A stretch of 64,000 nt of DNA from sequence record NZ_CP110904.1. One strand, written 5' to 3'. This DNA is from a plasmid. Made by a program: the position numbers and the translations under genes. Below the pieces are notes generated by a model. That model was not told where the DNA came from, made no database searches, and was given only the letters and a program-made list of their open reading frames with translations. This document shows, one piece after another, positions 48,120-57,947 of the stretch (positions are counted from its first letter, which is position 1; every line of letters starts with the position of its first letter).

Positions 48120-49454
48120 ATGAAAGAGTCAGCATTATCTGCTATCCGTTCTGAGATGCAATCGCCCGAAACCGTGTACGGGATGCCGGCTCATAAAGAC
48201 AGAACGGCCGCTGTCAATGAAGTACATGCGCGTCCGCACCTGCTTATCACATCACCACAGACCCTGCTGCAGTTTGCTTTCATGACTAAAGGCGACCAGT
48301 CAGGTGACCAGCGGGTCATGGTTGAGCTGTCAGATCGTCTTGGTTTAACACCATCAGAAAATTCAGCCCCCCTGCACGGTATCACGTGGCGGGAAGGCGC
48401 TTTGTATTGTGAAAAACACGGTGAGTTTTCCACCTACTTATGGAGTACCACATGCGATCCGCGTGACGGACAGTTAAGGGGAGAGAACCCCTTCCGGCAT
48501 GGTTTCACGCCACCGGGTTCGGTTATCTGTGGTACCCGTCTGGATATTCTGCCATGGACTGCAGAATCTGAGGCTGCAGTAACGAATTTAGATCCTGTCA
48601 GCAGGTGCTATTCAGTAACAGAAAATGGCCGTGCCGCAATTATCTCTGATTTTCGCCAGGATAAAGACGGACTGACACGCATTCTGATACTTGAACGGGA
48701 CCTGACAGAGGCACAGCTGGGTGCACTGGTTCAGCGGCTGCTTGAGATTGAAAATTATCGCACGCTTGCTTTGCTTTCTTTACCACTGACAAGAACCATG
48801 GCCTCTGAACTGAGGCGAGTGGAAAACCGACTGGCTGAAATTACAGAAGAAATGCGCACCGGAGAGCATCGTAAAAATGAACAGTTGCTCTCTGCGTTGA
48901 CCAATCTTGCCGCAGAACTTGAAGCCGGCGCTGCAGCGAATCTGTACCGGTTTGGCGCAAGCCAGGCCTACTATGAAATTGTTGAGGAAAGGCTGAATAC
49001 GCTCTCCGAAACGCCGGTTCCAGGCTACTACACCTGGGCTGATTTTTTGCAACGGCGCATTGCCCCAGCCATGCGAACCTGCCGTTCTGTGAAAGAACGA
49101 CAGGCGAAGCTGTCTGACAAACTCATGCGGGCTATTTCGTTACTTCGCTCCTGGATAGATGTTGAACTGGAACATCAGAACCGTGACCTGCTGGCTTCGA
49201 TGAATAACCGGGCCAGACAACAGCTACATCTGCAGCAAACCGTTGAAGGATTGTCTGTTGCCGCCATTTCATATTATGTGGTGAGTCTGATTTCGTATCT
49301 GGTGAAAGGGGTTCCCGGGATCCACGATGTCATGCCACCTGAACTGGCGGTTGCCATTCTCGTGCCCTTCATTGTGCTCGCGATTTGGTGGGTGGTGCGA
49401 AGAATAAGAAACTCGCACACCGACCCTGAACATAACGAAAACCACTCTGACTGA
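48120..49454 (+). CDS. Hypothetical protein (444 aa) with a C-terminal membrane anchor (possibly DUF3422-like)
   Basis: Large soluble part plus C-terminal hydrophobic helices (LSVAAISYYVVSLISYLV, AVAILVPFIVLAIWWVV). Confidence 0.5.
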   Translation: MKESALSAIRSEMQSPETVYGMPAHKDRTAAVNEVHARPHLLITSPQTLLQFAFMTKGDQSGDQRVMVELSDRLGLTPSENSAPLHGITWREGALYCEKHGEFSTYLWSTTCDPRDGQLRGENPFRHGFTPPGSVICGTRLDILPWTAESEAAVTNLDPVSRCYSVTENGRAAIISDFRQDKDGLTRILILERDLTEAQLGALVQRLLEIENYRTLALLSLPLTRTMASELRRVENRLAEITEEMRTGEHRKNEQLLSALTNLAAELEAGAAANLYRFGASQAYYEIVEERLNTLSETPVPGYYTWADFLQRRIAPAMRTCRSVKERQAKLSDKLMRAISLLRSWIDVELEHQNRDLLASMNNRARQQLHLQQTVEGLSVAAISYYVVSLISYLVKGVPGIHDVMPPELAVAILVPFIVLAIWWVVRRIRNSHTDPEHNENHSD

Positions 49455-49501
49455 GTTGTTACGTTGTTGCTTAATTGTCCTGTCGTTATACGGAGAAAAT
49501 C

Positions 49502-50332
49502 ATGGAACGTCTTGAACATCATGCCAGCTTTGATGGGTGGCAGGAAGTTTATCAGCATGAGTCTGGCACGCTTGGCTGCACGATGAAATTTGGTGTTTAT
49601 ACTCCACCCCAGGCGCTTAACGGTAATGTACCGGTACTCTACTGGCTTTCCGGTCTGACCTGTACGGAACAGAATTTTATTACCAAATCGAGCGTTCAGC
49701 GTTATGCCGCAGAGCATGGGATCATGATTGTGGCACCAGACACCAGTCCGCGTGGCACTGATATTCCTGATGATCCTGACTACGCTCTCGGTCAGGGGGC
49801 AGGATTCTATGTTAATGCAACCCAGGAGCCCTGGGCGACACATTACAAAATGTATGACTATGTGGTAAACGAGCTCCCGTCCCTGATTGAAGAATGGTTC
49901 CCGGCGTCTGATAAAAGAAGTATCAGTGGACATTCGATGGGCGGACATGGCGCCCTGATGATTGCGCTCAGAAACCCGGGCCGCTATCAGAGTGTATCCG
50001 CATTCTCACCGATCGTCGCACCTTCTCAGGTGCCCTGGGGAGAAAATGCATTGTCTGCTTATCTGGGTGATGATCGGGAATACTGGAAGCAGTACGACAC
50101 GGTTGAGTTGATCCGTAACGCGCAGGAAAGGCTACCTCTGCTTGTAGATCAAGGACTGAATGATGAGTTTCTGAAGACTCAGCTTCAGCCGGAGAGACTG
50201 AAGAGCGTTTGTGAGGACACCGGTCATCCGTTGACGCTTAACCTGCGTCCGGGCCACGATCACAGCTACTACTTTATCTCCAGCTACATTGGCGACCACA
50301 TTGCACATCATGCAGCAGCACTGACGCGCTAA
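49502..50332 (+). CDS. S-formylglutathione hydrolase (esterase D; FrmB/YeiG family)
   Basis: MERLEHHASFDGWQ…VLYWLSGLTCTEQNF…SISGHSMGGHGAL carries the GHSMGG nucleophile elbow. SD GGAG before the ATG at 49502. Confidence 0.85.
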   Translation: MERLEHHASFDGWQEVYQHESGTLGCTMKFGVYTPPQALNGNVPVLYWLSGLTCTEQNFITKSSVQRYAAEHGIMIVAPDTSPRGTDIPDDPDYALGQGAGFYVNATQEPWATHYKMYDYVVNELPSLIEEWFPASDKRSISGHSMGGHGALMIALRNPGRYQSVSAFSPIVAPSQVPWGENALSAYLGDDREYWKQYDTVELIRNAQERLPLLVDQGLNDEFLKTQLQPERLKSVCEDTGHPLTLNLRPGHDHSYYFISSYIGDHIAHHAAALTR

Positions 50333-50343
50333 ATTCAGGAATT

Positions 50344-51660
50344 ATGGTTATGGTACATTTCTGCGATCAAAAACATCATGTCGTCGTGATAGGGGCTGGG
50401 TTCGGTGGACTCTCCGTTGTCAGAGAACTGGAAGAGCCGGGCGTTTCGATCACAATCATTGACCGGAGTAACCACCATCTGTTTCAGCCTTTACTTTATC
50501 AGGTCGCTGGCGCATCACTGCCATCAGCAGAAATTGCCTGGCCCGTTCGCTCTCTGTTTCGTCATCGTGAGGATGTACGTACCCTGATGGCCGAGGTCCA
50601 GGATGTGGATACCGATTCACGGGAGGTTCTGCTGAAAGATGGTTCCCGAATTGATTATGACACGCTTGTCGTTGCCACTGGGGCCACGCACGCTTATTTC
50701 GGTCATGATGAGTGGGAACAGTTTGCACCGGGACTGAAGAACCTGGATGATGCCACGACCCTGCGCGCACGGATCCTTTCCGCTTTTGAACAAGCTGAGA
50801 ATACCACTGATCCCGCGTTACGGGCTGCCTACCAGACATTCGTCATTGTCGGGGGGGGACCGACAGGCGTTGAGCTGTCCGGGACCATTGCCGAACTGGC
50901 AAGGAAAACGCTGAAAAATGATTTCCGTTCTATTGATCCGACAGAGACCAGAATTATTCTGGTTGAAGCCGGACAACGATTGCTCACTGCTTTCCCGGAG
51001 TCATTATCGGAATATACCCGTCAGTCCCTGGAGAAACTGGGAGTGGAAGTCAGTTTTGGCCAACCGGTAACGGAATGCTCTGCCGAAGGCGTAGTATATG
51101 GTGGGCAACCTCTTCCTGCCAAAACGATCATCTGGGCAGCAGGCGTCACTGCTTCTCCGGCTGCACGCTGGCTCAAGACGGAAGCTGATCGGGCTGGTCG
51201 GGTTATCGTGGGAGCTGATCTCACGCTCCCGTTACACCCTGAAATATTTGTAATAGGTGATACCGCGGCCGTGACCGGAGAGGACGGCAGGATGATCCCG
51301 GGCATTGCTCCGGCCGCAAAACAGGAAGGACAGTATGTGGCTAAACTGATCCAGTCCCGTTTAAAGGATGAAAAACCTGACCTGAAACCTTTCCGGTACC
51401 GGCATCAGGGGAACCTAGCGACCATAGGTCGCGGACTGGCTGTGGTTGATATGGGACGGTTAAAACTCCGGGGAGCCATGGCGTGGTGGTTCTGGAAAAT
51501 TATCCACCTGTATTTTTTGATCGGAACCAGAAACCGGCTGAGTGTCGCTATCAGCTGGATCTGGAACCACAGTATCGGATACAGGGGAGCCCGCATTATC
51601 ACGGGAGGTAAATCACCTGCTCCGGATAAGAGTGCGGTCCATTCCCGCTCAGAAGAGTGA
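50344..51660 (+). CDS. Type II NADH:quinone oxidoreductase (NDH-2)
   Basis: HHVVVIGAGFGGLSVV (first GxGxxG), a second FAD/NAD fold FVIVGGGPTGVELSG, and C-terminal WWFWKIIHLYFLIG. Confidence 0.8.
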   Translation: MVMVHFCDQKHHVVVIGAGFGGLSVVRELEEPGVSITIIDRSNHHLFQPLLYQVAGASLPSAEIAWPVRSLFRHREDVRTLMAEVQDVDTDSREVLLKDGSRIDYDTLVVATGATHAYFGHDEWEQFAPGLKNLDDATTLRARILSAFEQAENTTDPALRAAYQTFVIVGGGPTGVELSGTIAELARKTLKNDFRSIDPTETRIILVEAGQRLLTAFPESLSEYTRQSLEKLGVEVSFGQPVTECSAEGVVYGGQPLPAKTIIWAAGVTASPAARWLKTEADRAGRVIVGADLTLPLHPEIFVIGDTAAVTGEDGRMIPGIAPAAKQEGQYVAKLIQSRLKDEKPDLKPFRYRHQGNLATIGRGLAVVDMGRLKLRGAMAWWFWKIIHLYFLIGTRNRLSVAISWIWNHSIGYRGARIITGGKSPAPDKSAVHSRSEE

Positions 51661-51863
51661 TACCTGAACCTTACTGATGCCGCTGAAACATCAGCGGCAT
51701 TCCTTATTTAATCACCGGCGCCGGCGCAGGCTATTCGCTTACTGCTGCATAAATCCCTTTTGTCATTATTCCTTCTTAACTAATGGTTCGGCACATCGGT
51801 TAACGCCATTCAACGTAACCAGCGTCAGAAGTAAAGTTGATTTACGTATTACAGGATTAAACT

Positions 51864-54515
51864 ATGTCAAAGAAACTTTTTGGTGCCCCCCCAACCCTGA
51901 CAGACGCCAGTAATTCTGTTGTGGTACGTGGTGCCAGGGAGCACAACCTTAAAGAGGTGGATGTCTCTGTTCCGCGTGATGCACTTGTTGTCTTTTCGGG
52001 GGTCTCTGGTTCCGGTAAGTCTTCACTGGCTTTTGGAACCATTTATGCTGAGGCGCAACGACGCTACTTTGAATCGGTTGCCCCGTATGCGCGGCGCCTC
52101 ATTGATCAGGCCGGTGTTCCGGATGTGGATGCCATTGATGGACTCCCCCCTGCAGTTGCCCTTCAACAACAGCGAGGAACCAGCAACGCACGCTCTTCTG
52201 TCGGCAGTGTGACCACCTTATCGAGCCTGGTGCGCATGATGTATTCCCGGGCGGGAGCCTATCCGGCAGAACAACCTATGCTCTATGCTGAGGATTTTTC
52301 TCCTAACACGCCTCAGGGAGCATGTCCATCCTGCCATGGTCTCGGACATATCTATGATGTGACAGAAGCACTGATGGTACCTGATCCGTCACTCAGTATC
52401 CGGGACAGAGCCATTGCCTCCTGGCCACCTGCCTGGCACGGACAAAATCTTCGCGACATTCTGGTGACACTGGGCTATGACGTCGATATCCCCTGGAAAG
52501 AGTTATCTGAAGAAGAGCGACACTGGATCCTGTTTACTGAAGATACCCCAACGGTGCCGGTCTACCCCGGGCTCAGCCCGGAAGACACACGTGTCGCAGT
52601 CAGGGAAAAAATGACTCCGGGTTATATGGGGACGTTTACAGGGGCGCGACGTTATGTTCTGCATACCTTTGCACACACCCAAAGTGCACTGATGAGGAAA
52701 CGCGTCTCCAGTTTTATGGAAGGAAAACTGTGTCCTGTCTGCCACGGAAAAAGGCTTAAACCGGAATCATTGTCAGTCACTTTTGCTGGTGTGGACATCG
52801 GTGAGTTTATGCAGATGCCTTTAGACCAGCTGGCAGAGTTGCTTCTTCCTATCTCCCGGGGGGATTTCAGTACGCATCATGCCGGGGCTGATACTGACAG
52901 GGATATCACCCGCCGGGATCGGACAGAACGCGCCGGTTCCGGCAGGGCAGTCCATTCTGTAACGCCGGATGTCCGCCGGACCTCAGCATTATCGACAGAG
53001 AAACGACTGGCTGCTCAACGACTGACCAGAGGTGTTATGGACCGGCTGTATCAGTTGCAGAAACTGGGACTTGGTTATCTGACATTAGACAGAACAACGC
53101 CAACACTCTCCGCAGGGGAACTCCAGCGATTGCGTCTTGCCACTCAGCTTAGCTCCATGTTGTTTGGGGTCGTCTATGTTCTCGATGAACCATCAGCAGG
53201 CCTGCACCCTGCAGACAGCCATGCACTTTACGATGCTCTGGAGAACCTGCGGGATGCCGGAAACTCAGTGTTTGTCGTTGAGCATGATCTTGACCTGATG
53301 CGACGGGCGCAATGGCTGGTTGATGTGGGACCCGCTGCAGGAGAACAGGGCGGTCATATTCTCTACAGTGGTGTACCTGAAGGTCTGAAAGCTATTGCTG
53401 AATCCAGAACGGCACGGTATTTGTTTGATGAAATCAGGCCACCACAATCATACGCCCGACAGCCAGCAGGATGGTTAAAATTACAGGATATTCACCGTCA
53501 CAACCTGAAGGGACTGGACGCCTGTATTCCTCTGGGGGTACTGACCGCTGTTACAGGTATTTCGGGTTCCGGAAAGTCTAGTCTGATTGCTCAGGCCTTA
53601 CCTGAGCTGGTGCTTTCCTCGCTTGGCCATGAACCAGAAGACGTGTTATCCGAGGGCAGTGATGCTGAGGGACCAACCGTTACTGAGAAAACGTACGGTA
53701 CGCTGACAGGCGACACCGGACTGATCAAACGTCTGGTGCAGGTTGACCAGAAACCGATAGGCCGGACACCGCGTTCTAACCTGGCGACATATACCGGACT
53801 GTTTGACCATATTCGTAAGCTCTTTGCCGGAACACCTGCTGCTAAAAACTATCATTATGATGCCGGACAGTTTTCTTTCAATGTGGCAAAAGGTCGCTGT
53901 GAAACCTGTGAGGGTGAAGGGTTCGTCAGCGTTGAACTCTTGTTTATGCCCAGTGTGTATGCCCCTTGTCCGACATGTCATGGCGCACGCTATAACCCTG
54001 ATACGCTCAGGGTTCGCTGGAAGGAGCGAAACATTGCGGAAGTCTTGCAGATGACAGTGGATGAAGCCTGCAGCTTCTTTGCTGATGTAGAACCCGTGGC
54101 GCGACCTCTGCGCCTGCTGGGCGAAATCGGTCTGGGATATCTGCGTCTGGGTCAACCAGCCACTGAGTTATCCGGAGGAGAAGCTCAACGGATAAAGCTG
54201 GCAACCGAACTGCAGCGTAGTCAACGTGGCCATACGCTGTATGTTCTGGATGAACCGACCACCGGACTCCATGCGTCAGATGCCGACCGTCTGCTTGTGC
54301 AGTTGCAGCGTCTTGTTGAGACAGGGAATACCGTAGTTGTGATTGAACACGATATGCGTGCAGTCGTGCAGGCTGACTGGGTTATGGACATTGGTCCCGG
54401 AGCAGGTCATGAGGGAGGCAACCTGGTTGCAGAAGGTACACCCGCCCAGGTATCACTGGTTTGTGAAAGCCGCACGGCACCGTTTATTGCCCGGGAGTTG
54501 TCACGGAACTGGTAA
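51864..54515 (+). CDS. Class II UvrA (UvrA2-type ABC ATPase lacking the UvrB-binding domain)
   Basis: Two ABC cassettes (GVSGSGKSSL, GISGSGKSSL; LSGGE x2; YVLDEP x2) plus Zn modules (CPSCHGLG, CPVCHGKR, CETCEGEG, CPTCHGAR). Only about 20 aa lie between the LVRMMYSRAG region and the first Zn finger, where E. coli UvrA has a ~120-aa UvrB-binding domain. Extra ~30-aa Arg-rich insertion at ~340-380. Confidence 0.85.
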   Translation: MSKKLFGAPPTLTDASNSVVVRGAREHNLKEVDVSVPRDALVVFSGVSGSGKSSLAFGTIYAEAQRRYFESVAPYARRLIDQAGVPDVDAIDGLPPAVALQQQRGTSNARSSVGSVTTLSSLVRMMYSRAGAYPAEQPMLYAEDFSPNTPQGACPSCHGLGHIYDVTEALMVPDPSLSIRDRAIASWPPAWHGQNLRDILVTLGYDVDIPWKELSEEERHWILFTEDTPTVPVYPGLSPEDTRVAVREKMTPGYMGTFTGARRYVLHTFAHTQSALMRKRVSSFMEGKLCPVCHGKRLKPESLSVTFAGVDIGEFMQMPLDQLAELLLPISRGDFSTHHAGADTDRDITRRDRTERAGSGRAVHSVTPDVRRTSALSTEKRLAAQRLTRGVMDRLYQLQKLGLGYLTLDRTTPTLSAGELQRLRLATQLSSMLFGVVYVLDEPSAGLHPADSHALYDALENLRDAGNSVFVVEHDLDLMRRAQWLVDVGPAAGEQGGHILYSGVPEGLKAIAESRTARYLFDEIRPPQSYARQPAGWLKLQDIHRHNLKGLDACIPLGVLTAVTGISGSGKSSLIAQALPELVLSSLGHEPEDVLSEGSDAEGPTVTEKTYGTLTGDTGLIKRLVQVDQKPIGRTPRSNLATYTGLFDHIRKLFAGTPAAKNYHYDAGQFSFNVAKGRCETCEGEGFVSVELLFMPSVYAPCPTCHGARYNPDTLRVRWKERNIAEVLQMTVDEACSFFADVEPVARPLRLLGEIGLGYLRLGQPATELSGGEAQRIKLATELQRSQRGHTLYVLDEPTTGLHASDADRLLVQLQRLVETGNTVVVIEHDMRAVVQADWVMDIGPGAGHEGGNLVAEGTPAQVSLVCESRTAPFIARELSRNW

Positions 54516-54543
54516 AAGGACAGTGTCGTCATAGCGTGAATGA
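54508..54543 (+). terminator. 14-bp perfect hairpin after uvrA2 (GACAGTGTCGTCAT-AGCGTGA-ATGACGACACTGTC), without a clear U-tract
   Basis: Read from the sequence. Confidence 0.4.
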
Positions 54544-54706
54544 CGACACTGTCACGCTACTGGTATATCCCCTGAACATTTTACCTGTCATTGTGACTAC
54601 CTGAAAAAATACGTGATAAGAAACCTGTTGTACCAGGGCACAGCAAAAACACCAAATCTAATCCAGTGTTAAACATCACTGTTATGCAGGTGGTAAGGAG
54701 AACCTG

Positions 54707-55138
54707 ATGAAACTATTTACGATTGGTTTCACACAATCTTCGGCGGAGCATTTTTTTACGCGCCTGAAGGAATCCGGAGCAAGACGTATTCTGGATGTGC
54801 GTCTCAATAATCGCTCTCAGCTGGCAGGTTTTGCAAAACAGGACGATCTGAAGTTCTTTGCCCATACTCTATGTGATATCGATTACGCACATATGCCAGA
54901 TCTTGCCCCGACGCGGGAAATGTTTGAGCGATACAAATTACAGAAAGGAGACTGGGAGATATATTCTTCGGATTTCATCGATCTGATTACAAAAAGACAT
55001 ATCGAATCGCTCGAAAAGAGTCAGTTTGCTGATGCTTGCTTATTGTGTAGCGAACATAAACCACATCATTGCCACAGACGGCTGGTTGCTGAGTACCTGG
55101 CAGATAAATGGCCTGATGTCACTATCATGCATTTATAG
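54707..55138 (+). CDS. Hypothetical protein (143 aa), possibly DUF488/YeaO-like
   Basis: MKLFTIGFTQSSAEHFFTRLKESGARRILDVRLNNRS matches the DUF488 N-terminal pattern. Confidence 0.45.
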   Translation: MKLFTIGFTQSSAEHFFTRLKESGARRILDVRLNNRSQLAGFAKQDDLKFFAHTLCDIDYAHMPDLAPTREMFERYKLQKGDWEIYSSDFIDLITKRHIESLEKSQFADACLLCSEHKPHHCHRRLVAEYLADKWPDVTIMHL

Positions 55139-55502
55139 TGGCTGGGTTGTGTCTGTACGCCCGAACACCAGAACACAGCTCCCACAGACTATGACGGTAC
55201 CAGACGATATTCGGACAAAAGGAAGAGGATTTAGCCTGCTAAAGCAATATGGGCTAACAGGAAGCGACTTGATATCGAAAATCTGTGTTTGCGACGCGCT
55301 TTTTTTGACCATGCTTTTGGGCTAATATCACACCCTTCAGTCTGTATTTTGCCAATAATATAACCAGTTGTTTTATTTTATAAATAAAGCTTATCGGTAT
55401 GTGCTCTGTTATGTTTGTATACTACACGGGAGGTATACATTCATTGATCGGATAATGCATACTCCGACGCAGTATATCAACTTAAAGATAGTGAGGTAAG
55501 AA

Positions 55503-55778
55503 ATGCCCAGTACTCCGGAAGAGAAAAAAAAGGTACTGACACGGGTTCGCCGCATCAGAGGGCAGATTGATGCTCTGGAAAGAGCACTTGAAAATGGTGC
55601 TGAATGCCGCGCCATTCTCCAGCAAATTGCTGCCGTTCGTGGCGCATCTAACGGATTGATGGCTGAGGTTCTGGAGAGTCACATACGAGAAACCTTTGAC
55701 CAGAATGACAGCTATAGCCATGAAGTCAGTAAATCAGTTGACGATACGATTGAACTGGTTCGCGCCTATCTTAAATAG
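55503..55778 (+). CDS. frmR: FrmR, canonical E. coli-like copy, not followed by frmA
   Basis: [65 protein letters not shown] is about 90% identical to E. coli FrmR from memory. Confidence 0.9.
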   Translation: MPSTPEEKKKVLTRVRRIRGQIDALERALENGAECRAILQQIAAVRGASNGLMAEVLESHIRETFDQNDSYSHEVSKSVDDTIELVRAYLK

Positions 55779-56351
55779 CAACTGACCGGTAAACCCGGTC
55801 ACTGCTGGATGTCATTATGAACACCAACCGAACGGCATAGTCAGTCCACAGGTACTACTCATTCCCTGACTATGTCCCAGGAGTCCAGTGTCGTTCAGCC
55901 AAAACTAATTTCTGCTTTGTATACCACTACGACAAATGCTGTCATCAGTTCAGGTGCGATAATTTCGTTATCATGCGCAGTACATACTGCCCTGAGTTTT
56001 CTGATCCAGTAATCATTCTCGGCACCAGTGTTCCAGGTGCCGCCTCGCCCTACAGATATCTGTAATTGTAAACCGTCGCAAGACCGGTCCAGGCGATAGG
56101 GCAGAATCGCCCACTGTTCGGAAAACCAGTACTAACTGACAGTTCTGGTACTGGGGGCTGGTCACAGCACTGTATAGGCCAATTCTGTGCGGCGTTGTCA
56201 CCTGACCTGTCTGAAGAAATTTCCCGCACGCAACAGGTTACTACTCAGAAGTGATAACCCAAGTCCTCATCAAACATCAAAAAATATTTTCAGATAAAAA
56301 TCAAGTGTTTATAATTTTTTAATCCTTATCAACAGTATTGGTATTGCCAGT

Positions 56352-56371
56352 TACTATACTGCCGTATAGTA
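56352..56371 (+). promoter_or_regulatory. FrmR-operator-like inverted repeat TACTATAC-TGCC-GTATAGTA upstream of the Fe-ADH gene
   Basis: Same AT-rich arms as the 46025 operator, but with a 4-nt spacer. It lies ~90 nt upstream of the ATG at 56464. Confidence 0.45.
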
Positions 56372-56463
56372 TATGAAGCAGATAATGTACACACAGAAAC
56401 AACAAGGCTATCAAGATTTAAAATGCCCTCTCTAATATTTAAACTGACGAAAGGATATTAACT

Positions 56464-57615
56464 ATGAGTAATGTATTTTATATGCCGCCTGTAACCCTAA
56501 TGGGACTGAATGCTATTCGTCTTTTAGGGGATGAACTTGTTTCAAGGGAGTTAAAAAAGGCGCTGATCGTCACTGACCGTGTTTTGGTTGACACCGGACT
56601 GGTTAACAAACTGACAGATGAGCTTGAGGTGCATAAAATTAGTTATGCAATATTTGATGGTGTTCAACCTAATCCAACAGAGAAAAATATTGATGACGGT
56701 TTAGCCTTGCTTGCAAAAAGTAATGCTGATTTTGTCATTTCCTTTGGTGGGGGGTCTTCTCACGATACAGCTAAAGGTATTGCATTGGTGGCCACTAATG
56801 GTGGGCATATTCGGGATTACTCGAAAGGTGTGCATCTGTCCAAAAAACCACAATTACCATTAGTTACTGTAAATACGACAGCGGGTACGGCATCGGAAAT
56901 GACCGTATTTGCAATCGTCACTAACCAGGAAGATGAAACTAAATACCCGGTAGTGGATAAGCACTTTACGCCTATCATTGCGGTTAACGATTCTGAACTT
57001 ATGGTCGCAATGCCTGCGTTCCTTACGGCAACTACAGGTATGGATGCCTTAACTCATGCAATTGAAGCGTATGTATCAACAGCAGCTACGCCTGTTACTG
57101 ATGCTTGTGCTATCAAAGCAATTGAAATTATTGTTAATAATCTTAAAGACGTTGTAGATGATGGCCAAAACCGCAAAGCACGTGATGCAATGCAATATGG
57201 TGAATATCTGGCTGGAATGGCATTTTCAAACGCGTCTCTTGGTTATGTCCATTCAATGGCTCACCAGTTAGGTGGCGTTTATAATCTGTCTCACGGTTTG
57301 TGTAATGCGATCCTGCTGGGTGAAGTATCCCGATTTAATGCGAAAAAGGTTCCCGATCGTTTTGTTGAAATCGCCCGGGCAATGGGGATTGATGTCTCAA
57401 CAATGACTCAGGAGCAGGCCATTAATTCTGCTATCGAAGCAATTGAGATGTTGTCGCAAAAAGTCGGTACGAATCAACGCCTGGCTGATCTTGGTGTAAC
57501 GGAGGATAAACTTGCATTTATGGCACAAAATGCACTAAATGATGCTTGTTCTTTAACCAATCCTCGTCAGGCAAGCCTTTCGGAGATTATTGAGCTCTAC
57601 AAAGCTCGTATGTAA
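56464..57615 (+). CDS. Group III iron-containing alcohol dehydrogenase (FucO/YiaY/Mdh-like)
   Basis: GGGSSHDTAKGIAL and the metal-binding His motifs (GYVHSMAHQLGGVYNLSHG). 383 aa. Confidence 0.85.
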   Translation: MSNVFYMPPVTLMGLNAIRLLGDELVSRELKKALIVTDRVLVDTGLVNKLTDELEVHKISYAIFDGVQPNPTEKNIDDGLALLAKSNADFVISFGGGSSHDTAKGIALVATNGGHIRDYSKGVHLSKKPQLPLVTVNTTAGTASEMTVFAIVTNQEDETKYPVVDKHFTPIIAVNDSELMVAMPAFLTATTGMDALTHAIEAYVSTAATPVTDACAIKAIEIIVNNLKDVVDDGQNRKARDAMQYGEYLAGMAFSNASLGYVHSMAHQLGGVYNLSHGLCNAILLGEVSRFNAKKVPDRFVEIARAMGIDVSTMTQEQAINSAIEAIEMLSQKVGTNQRLADLGVTEDKLAFMAQNALNDACSLTNPRQASLSEIIELYKARM

Positions 57616-57737
57616 GCATTCTCCTTTTTACACCGTTATCTGAATTATATCTGAAGGAAAGTTGTACAAGTTCATGGTCAGAAATTTAAATCACTTCTGA
57701 CCAGAGAAATTGGCCATAAACATGTCTTTTTGATACT

Positions 57738-57770
57738 AAGAAAATCGGGTTACCTCTGGTAACCCGATTT
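57738..57770 (-). terminator. Rho-independent terminator of the bd-oxidase operon
   Basis: CGGGTTACC-TCT-GGTAACCCG, with a U-rich tract following on the - strand. Confidence 0.6.
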
Positions 57771-57775
57771 AAACG

Positions 57776-57922
57776 TTAGTGCGTTTTCATCCCAGCGGCT
57801 GTCATTAGCAATTTGAATATTGTAGCAACGACCCCCAACGCCATTACACTGACAGCCCAGATAATCACCAGCCACATCAATTTTTTCCAGAATGGACGAG
57901 GTGTTTCATCAACGGTTTTCAT
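57776..57922 (-). CDS. Unannotated small membrane protein (48 aa) downstream of cydB; CydX/CioX-type accessory subunit candidate
   Basis: MKTVDETPRPFWKKLMWLVIIWAVSVMALGVVATIFKLLMTAAGMKTH has a single transmembrane helix. The ATG is 26 nt after the cydB stop. It is absent from the ORF track because it is under 60 aa. Confidence 0.45.
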   Translation of the reverse strand: MKTVDETPRPFWKKLMWLVIIWAVSVMALGVVATIFKLLMTAAGMKTH

Positions 57923-57947
57923 TTAAGTTTCTCCATTGACCTCACCA

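Noticed and set aside
55779-56463. Possible frmA remnant or small gene between the second frmR and the Fe-ADH (e.g. ORF 56013-56201 -)
   Set aside because: No FrmA-like N-terminus is visible in any + frame. The 62-aa minus ORF has no SD and no motif. The region is treated as non-coding leader, pending TBLASTN.
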